Both the position numbers and the translations under genes were made by a program. DNA of 29,289 nucleotides from PVC group bacterium (GTDB lineage Bacteria; Auribacterota; Erginobacteria; Erginobacterales; Erginobacteraceae), in contig JAZDIV010000085.1 of the NCBI GenBank assembly GCA_043804695.1, forward strand, positions 1 through 29,289, read 5' to 3'. How positions within the stretch are numbered: the stretch's first letter is position 1; the number at the start of each line of letters is the position of its first letter. Below are positions 26,051 to 29,289 of the stretch, piece after piece. The notes under the pieces were generated by a model that worked only from the letters and a program-made list of their open reading frames with translations, ran no database searches and had not been told where the DNA came from.

Positions 26051-27595
26051 ATGAAAAATCTTGTCATTGGACTGATAGCCGGCCTGATTCTGGGAGTTCT
26101 CGGCACTCTCCTGATCCACCGCCCGGAAGCGACGATCGGGCCGGAGGAGAAAGAGACTGGAACTATTTCAACGGCGGCCGGGAAGGTGCCGGCGGCAAGA
26201 GAAAGTACTACGGCACGGGAAAAATCGACCGCGGCCCGACCGCGGACGATCTCCGGACCGGCCGCCCCCGAAAAATCGGTTGCGAAAGAGAGGGGGAAGG
26301 AAGCGGAAGAGTTTGAATCCCTTCCCCCTGAAAGCGGGGAGGAAGAGACCGCCTCCCTCCCGCCCGCCGGGAGCGGGGAGATCGACACACTTCTGTCCCG
26401 CTGGCCCGACGTTTATCTGGCAGGGAATAATTCAGAGATCTACGCCCTTTTGAACGAGCTCAAGGAAGAAGGAAAGAAGGACATCAAACGGTTGCTCGCC
26501 GTTTTCCGGGAAAGCGAGTCTCTGACCAACCGCCTTACCGCGGCCCGGACCCTGGGGGCGATCAACCGGGACCTCCAGGACCCGGAACTGGAGGGGATTT
26601 TAAAAAAAGAGGTTTTCCCCTTTCTGGAAAAAACATACCGGGACGAAGCCTCCCGTGATATCCGCCTGGCCTGTCTTTACACCATGGGAGAAGTCAGGAC
26701 AAAAGAGTCTCTCTCCTTTCTGGAGGAGATGGCGGGGAATGAAGACAGCAGAGTGGCCCGGGCCGCGGTTTACTCGCTTGGCATCGACGGGGGCCAAAAG
26801 GCGGTGGAGAAGCTGGCCGGTTACTGGTCCGACCCCGGAGAGAGGCGGCTCGGCTGGGCGGGCGCCGCGGCCCTGGGGGACAGCGGAGATACCGGCACCA
26901 TGACCTTGCTCAGGAAACTGTACGACACCAGTTTCCAGGACGACGAACGGATCATGGCCGCCTATGCCCTGGGGAGGATGAACCAGCGGCTGAACAACCC
27001 CGACTGCAATAATCTTCTGGCGGACAGCGTCGTACCCTATCTCGACAGCGTCATCTCGGGAGACGGCGATCCCCGGACCAGGAGACAGGCGGTCTGGGCC
27101 CTCTCCGAGTCCGGACTGGCAACGGCTGATCAGGCCCTTTTCCGGGTGCTGACGAGCGCGGAGGCAAAGGATGCGGAGCTGAAAGGCACCGTGGTCACCG
27201 CTCTCGGCAGCTTCGGCGGAAGGGAGGCCGCCCTCGACTGCGTCAACCTGATGAACTACGGGGAAGACCCGGAAACCCGGGTCCGGGCCGGGCAGGCGCT
27301 GGCGATGATGAACAACCGCCGGCTGGAGAGCGCGCCGGACGAACTGATCCGCAACGAGGTACTCCCGTTTCTCAAGGAAACCTGGATGTCAAACCCTTCC
27401 GACGAGGTGAAACGGGAGATCATCAACGGGCTGGGCGCCGCCGGGGGAAGGGAAGAAATAGAGTTTCTGAACCGCATCGCCGCCGGAGACGGGGGCTTCA
27501 GCCGGAGTGTCCGGAGAGCGATCCGGCGGATCGAATACCGGGAAGAGAACGGCGAGGACATGGCCGTGAACCGGATGAGCCGTATGCGGCGGTAA
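26051..27595 (+). CDS. Membrane-anchored HEAT-repeat protein
   Basis: N-terminal TM helix, low-complexity linker and PBS-lyase HEAT-like repeats (VARAAVYSLG, TRRQAVWALS, TRVRAGQALA). Start at MKNLV with a GGAG RBS. Confidence 0.87.
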   Translation: MKNLVIGLIAGLILGVLGTLLIHRPEATIGPEEKETGTISTAAGKVPAARESTTAREKSTAARPRTISGPAAPEKSVAKERGKEAEEFESLPPESGEEETASLPPAGSGEIDTLLSRWPDVYLAGNNSEIYALLNELKEEGKKDIKRLLAVFRESESLTNRLTAARTLGAINRDLQDPELEGILKKEVFPFLEKTYRDEASRDIRLACLYTMGEVRTKESLSFLEEMAGNEDSRVARAAVYSLGIDGGQKAVEKLAGYWSDPGERRLGWAGAAALGDSGDTGTMTLLRKLYDTSFQDDERIMAAYALGRMNQRLNNPDCNNLLADSVVPYLDSVISGDGDPRTRRQAVWALSESGLATADQALFRVLTSAEAKDAELKGTVVTALGSFGGREAALDCVNLMNYGEDPETRVRAGQALAMMNNRRLESAPDELIRNEVLPFLKETWMSNPSDEVKREIINGLGAAGGREEIEFLNRIAAGDGGFSRSVRRAIRRIEYREENGEDMAVNRMSRMRR

Positions 27596-27639
27596 TGACC
27601 GTCTATCTTACAATTTTGAATTTTCCTGGATAATCCGGG

Positions 27640-29037
27640 CTAACCAAGAATAATTCGCCCGGCCAGGACCTTCCGGAGGCGGGGGACCACGACCGGGATG
27701 TCCTCCCGCTTCTTGACCGGGAAGAAACGGTCAGCCGTCCTGACCGCCAGGGGCTTCAAGAGGCGGGTGAGGTCCCCCTGCAGGCGCTCGAACTGGACCA
27801 CCGGCAGGTCGGCTTCTTTCCCGCCTTCCACCTGCTTCAGCTCCTTGATGGCAACATATACCGGCAGCCGGTCGGTCACCCGCCGGACCTTTTCGACCAG
27901 GTCTTTTTGGCCAAGGCTTGTGAGTTCTTCCCGGGTCAGGTCGAATAAACGGAGCAGCGTCTCTACCGATACCGTGTAGGCGGCGTTGTTGAACTCGGGG
28001 ATGCGGTCCTGATCGAAATCGAGGGGAAAGGCAAACTCCTCGATCAGCTGACACCATTCTCTCTCGCGAACCGGATCATAAACCCGGGCCAGCGCCCCCC
28101 CTTTCTGCCCGGGCGGCTTGGCGCTGACCTCGCAGAGAATCCGGATGCCCTCTTCCTCCCGCAGTGAGAGCAGGCCCGGGAGCACCGGGTCAACCAGGGC
28201 CCCCAGATTGTCGATATTGGAGATCATGAGATATTCCACCTCCATCTCCAGCATCCTGAGAAGGGGACGGCTCCGGTCCAAGATCAGCCAGAGGGTGGTG
28301 TCGAGATGGCCGGGGGGGTTATACCGCTGTTTCTCGTCTTCGGCCGCGATCTCCTCCCCGGCGCGGCCGGAGAGCTCCGCGACCCAGCCCGAGAGCCGCT
28401 CTTCCAGGAAACGCCTCTCCTTCTCCAGGGATTCCCGGGCGGGGCCGGACGGACAGCCCTTGATCTTTCTGGCGAGCTTCTCGATGGACTTCCCGTAATG
28501 GAGCTCCAGGTCCTCCCGGGAGGGGATGACCCGCTTCATGATCCCCTGGCAGTAGGTGAAGACATCCTTCTTGGAGAAGTTCCCGTTCTCGTCCAGGATT
28601 TCCACCGTCCGGTCCTCGGTGAAGTAGCTGTTCAATATCCAGACCGGCACCGGGGCGCCGTATTCCCGCTCGGCCTGCCGGGCGTTGGCGAGCTTCAGCT
28701 CCATGAAGCTGCGCATCCGGCCGCCGATCTCCATGATCGGGAAGGCGCCCTTGGGAAGGTTTTCTCCCGGCTTCTGGAAACGGGTCGCCGCGCCGCCGTT
28801 CATGAAGATGAGGCCGAGCCGGCCGGCGGCGATGATCTCCCTGCCCCGCCTGGCCTCCGGGCTCCGGGGAGAAGGGAAGGCCACGCTGTCGAAGGGAGCG
28901 GGAAGACGTACCTCCCAGGCGTTGTCATGGTTGATCAGGTTGCTCTGGAGGCTGAGCACGCCCGAGCGGTAATCGCCCTGCAAACGGACGAACTCAGCCT
29001 CGTTGAAACCGTATCGTGTCAGCAAATCGTGACTCAT
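27640..29037 (-). CDS. UTP--glucose-1-phosphate uridylyltransferase family protein (UDPGP, eukaryote-type fold)
   Basis: MNGGAATRF..PKG, ILNSYFT, YNPPGH, ISNIDNLGA, KGGALA, QFERL and FFPVK motifs; AAGGAG RBS before ATG 29037. Confidence 0.85.
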   Translation of the reverse strand: MSHDLLTRYGFNEAEFVRLQGDYRSGVLSLQSNLINHDNAWEVRLPAPFDSVAFPSPRSPEARRGREIIAAGRLGLIFMNGGAATRFQKPGENLPKGAFPIMEIGGRMRSFMELKLANARQAEREYGAPVPVWILNSYFTEDRTVEILDENGNFSKKDVFTYCQGIMKRVIPSREDLELHYGKSIEKLARKIKGCPSGPARESLEKERRFLEERLSGWVAELSGRAGEEIAAEDEKQRYNPPGHLDTTLWLILDRSRPLLRMLEMEVEYLMISNIDNLGALVDPVLPGLLSLREEEGIRILCEVSAKPPGQKGGALARVYDPVREREWCQLIEEFAFPLDFDQDRIPEFNNAAYTVSVETLLRLFDLTREELTSLGQKDLVEKVRRVTDRLPVYVAIKELKQVEGGKEADLPVVQFERLQGDLTRLLKPLAVRTADRFFPVKKREDIPVVVPRLRKVLAGRIILG

Positions 29038-29134
29038 CAAATCATTGCTCCTTTCCAATAGCGATGAAAGCGCTATTTTGCTGCTTCGGAATTTTGAGCC
29101 TGAGGCACATCCCGATCATCATCGGGACAATAAA

Positions 29135-29283
29135 TGTCGTAGCGGCAGCCTTTAGAGGCTGTCCGACAACCCCTAAAATGTCATCGCGAGCCCCGGAGGG
29201 GCGAAGCGATCTAAAAGCGTGATCAGAATAAGCTATATCCCAATTGGTTAAGATTGCTTCGTTGCTTCGCTCCTCGCAATGAC
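29135..29283. repeat. Cluster of palindromic repeats: a GTAG-type hairpin and a GTCA(T/C)GCGAG...CTCGCAATGAC element
   Basis: GTAGCGGCAGCCTTTAGAGGCTG from 29139; GTCATCGCGAG..CGAAGCGATCT (29180-29212) pairs with AGATTGCTTCG..CTCGCAATGAC (29251-29283). Confidence 0.75.
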
Positions 29284-29289
29284 CGCGAA

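Overview
This is a bacterial chromosomal window from a diderm (it has a TonB-dependent receptor and lipoproteins); the gene content is reminiscent of PVC-like candidate phyla, which is an inference only. The left end holds the 5' part of an NAD-dependent epimerase and a BrnT/BrnA toxin-antitoxin pair whose toxin carries an in-frame TGA. From about 700 to 10050 lies a visibly AT-richer block of seven co-oriented minus-strand genes for secreted or membrane proteins, two of them with WG repeats. Several share a degenerate 5' leader/signal-peptide module, and an orphan 21-bp relic of a WG-gene 3' end sits between two of them, suggesting modular shuffling. The block ends near tRNA-Arg(CCT). The GC-rich remainder encodes lipoproteins, dodecin, a CarboxypepD_reg/PDZ protein, a DUF362 Fe-S protein, YihY, GTP-PEPCK, a D-2-hydroxyacid dehydrogenase, a TonB-dependent receptor, a macrodomain protein, a HEAT-repeat protein and a UDPGP-family nucleotidyltransferase. 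Notable non-coding signals are: a pck leader with promoter, aptamer-like stem, antiterminator and terminator (candidate Na+/DUF1646-like riboswitch); three co-varying IS200/IS605-end-like hairpins; an exact 20-mer found three times just downstream of stop codons; and several orphan palindromic repeat families. No transposase, integrase or CRISPR array was seen. All family assignments come from motif recognition by eye, not database searches.
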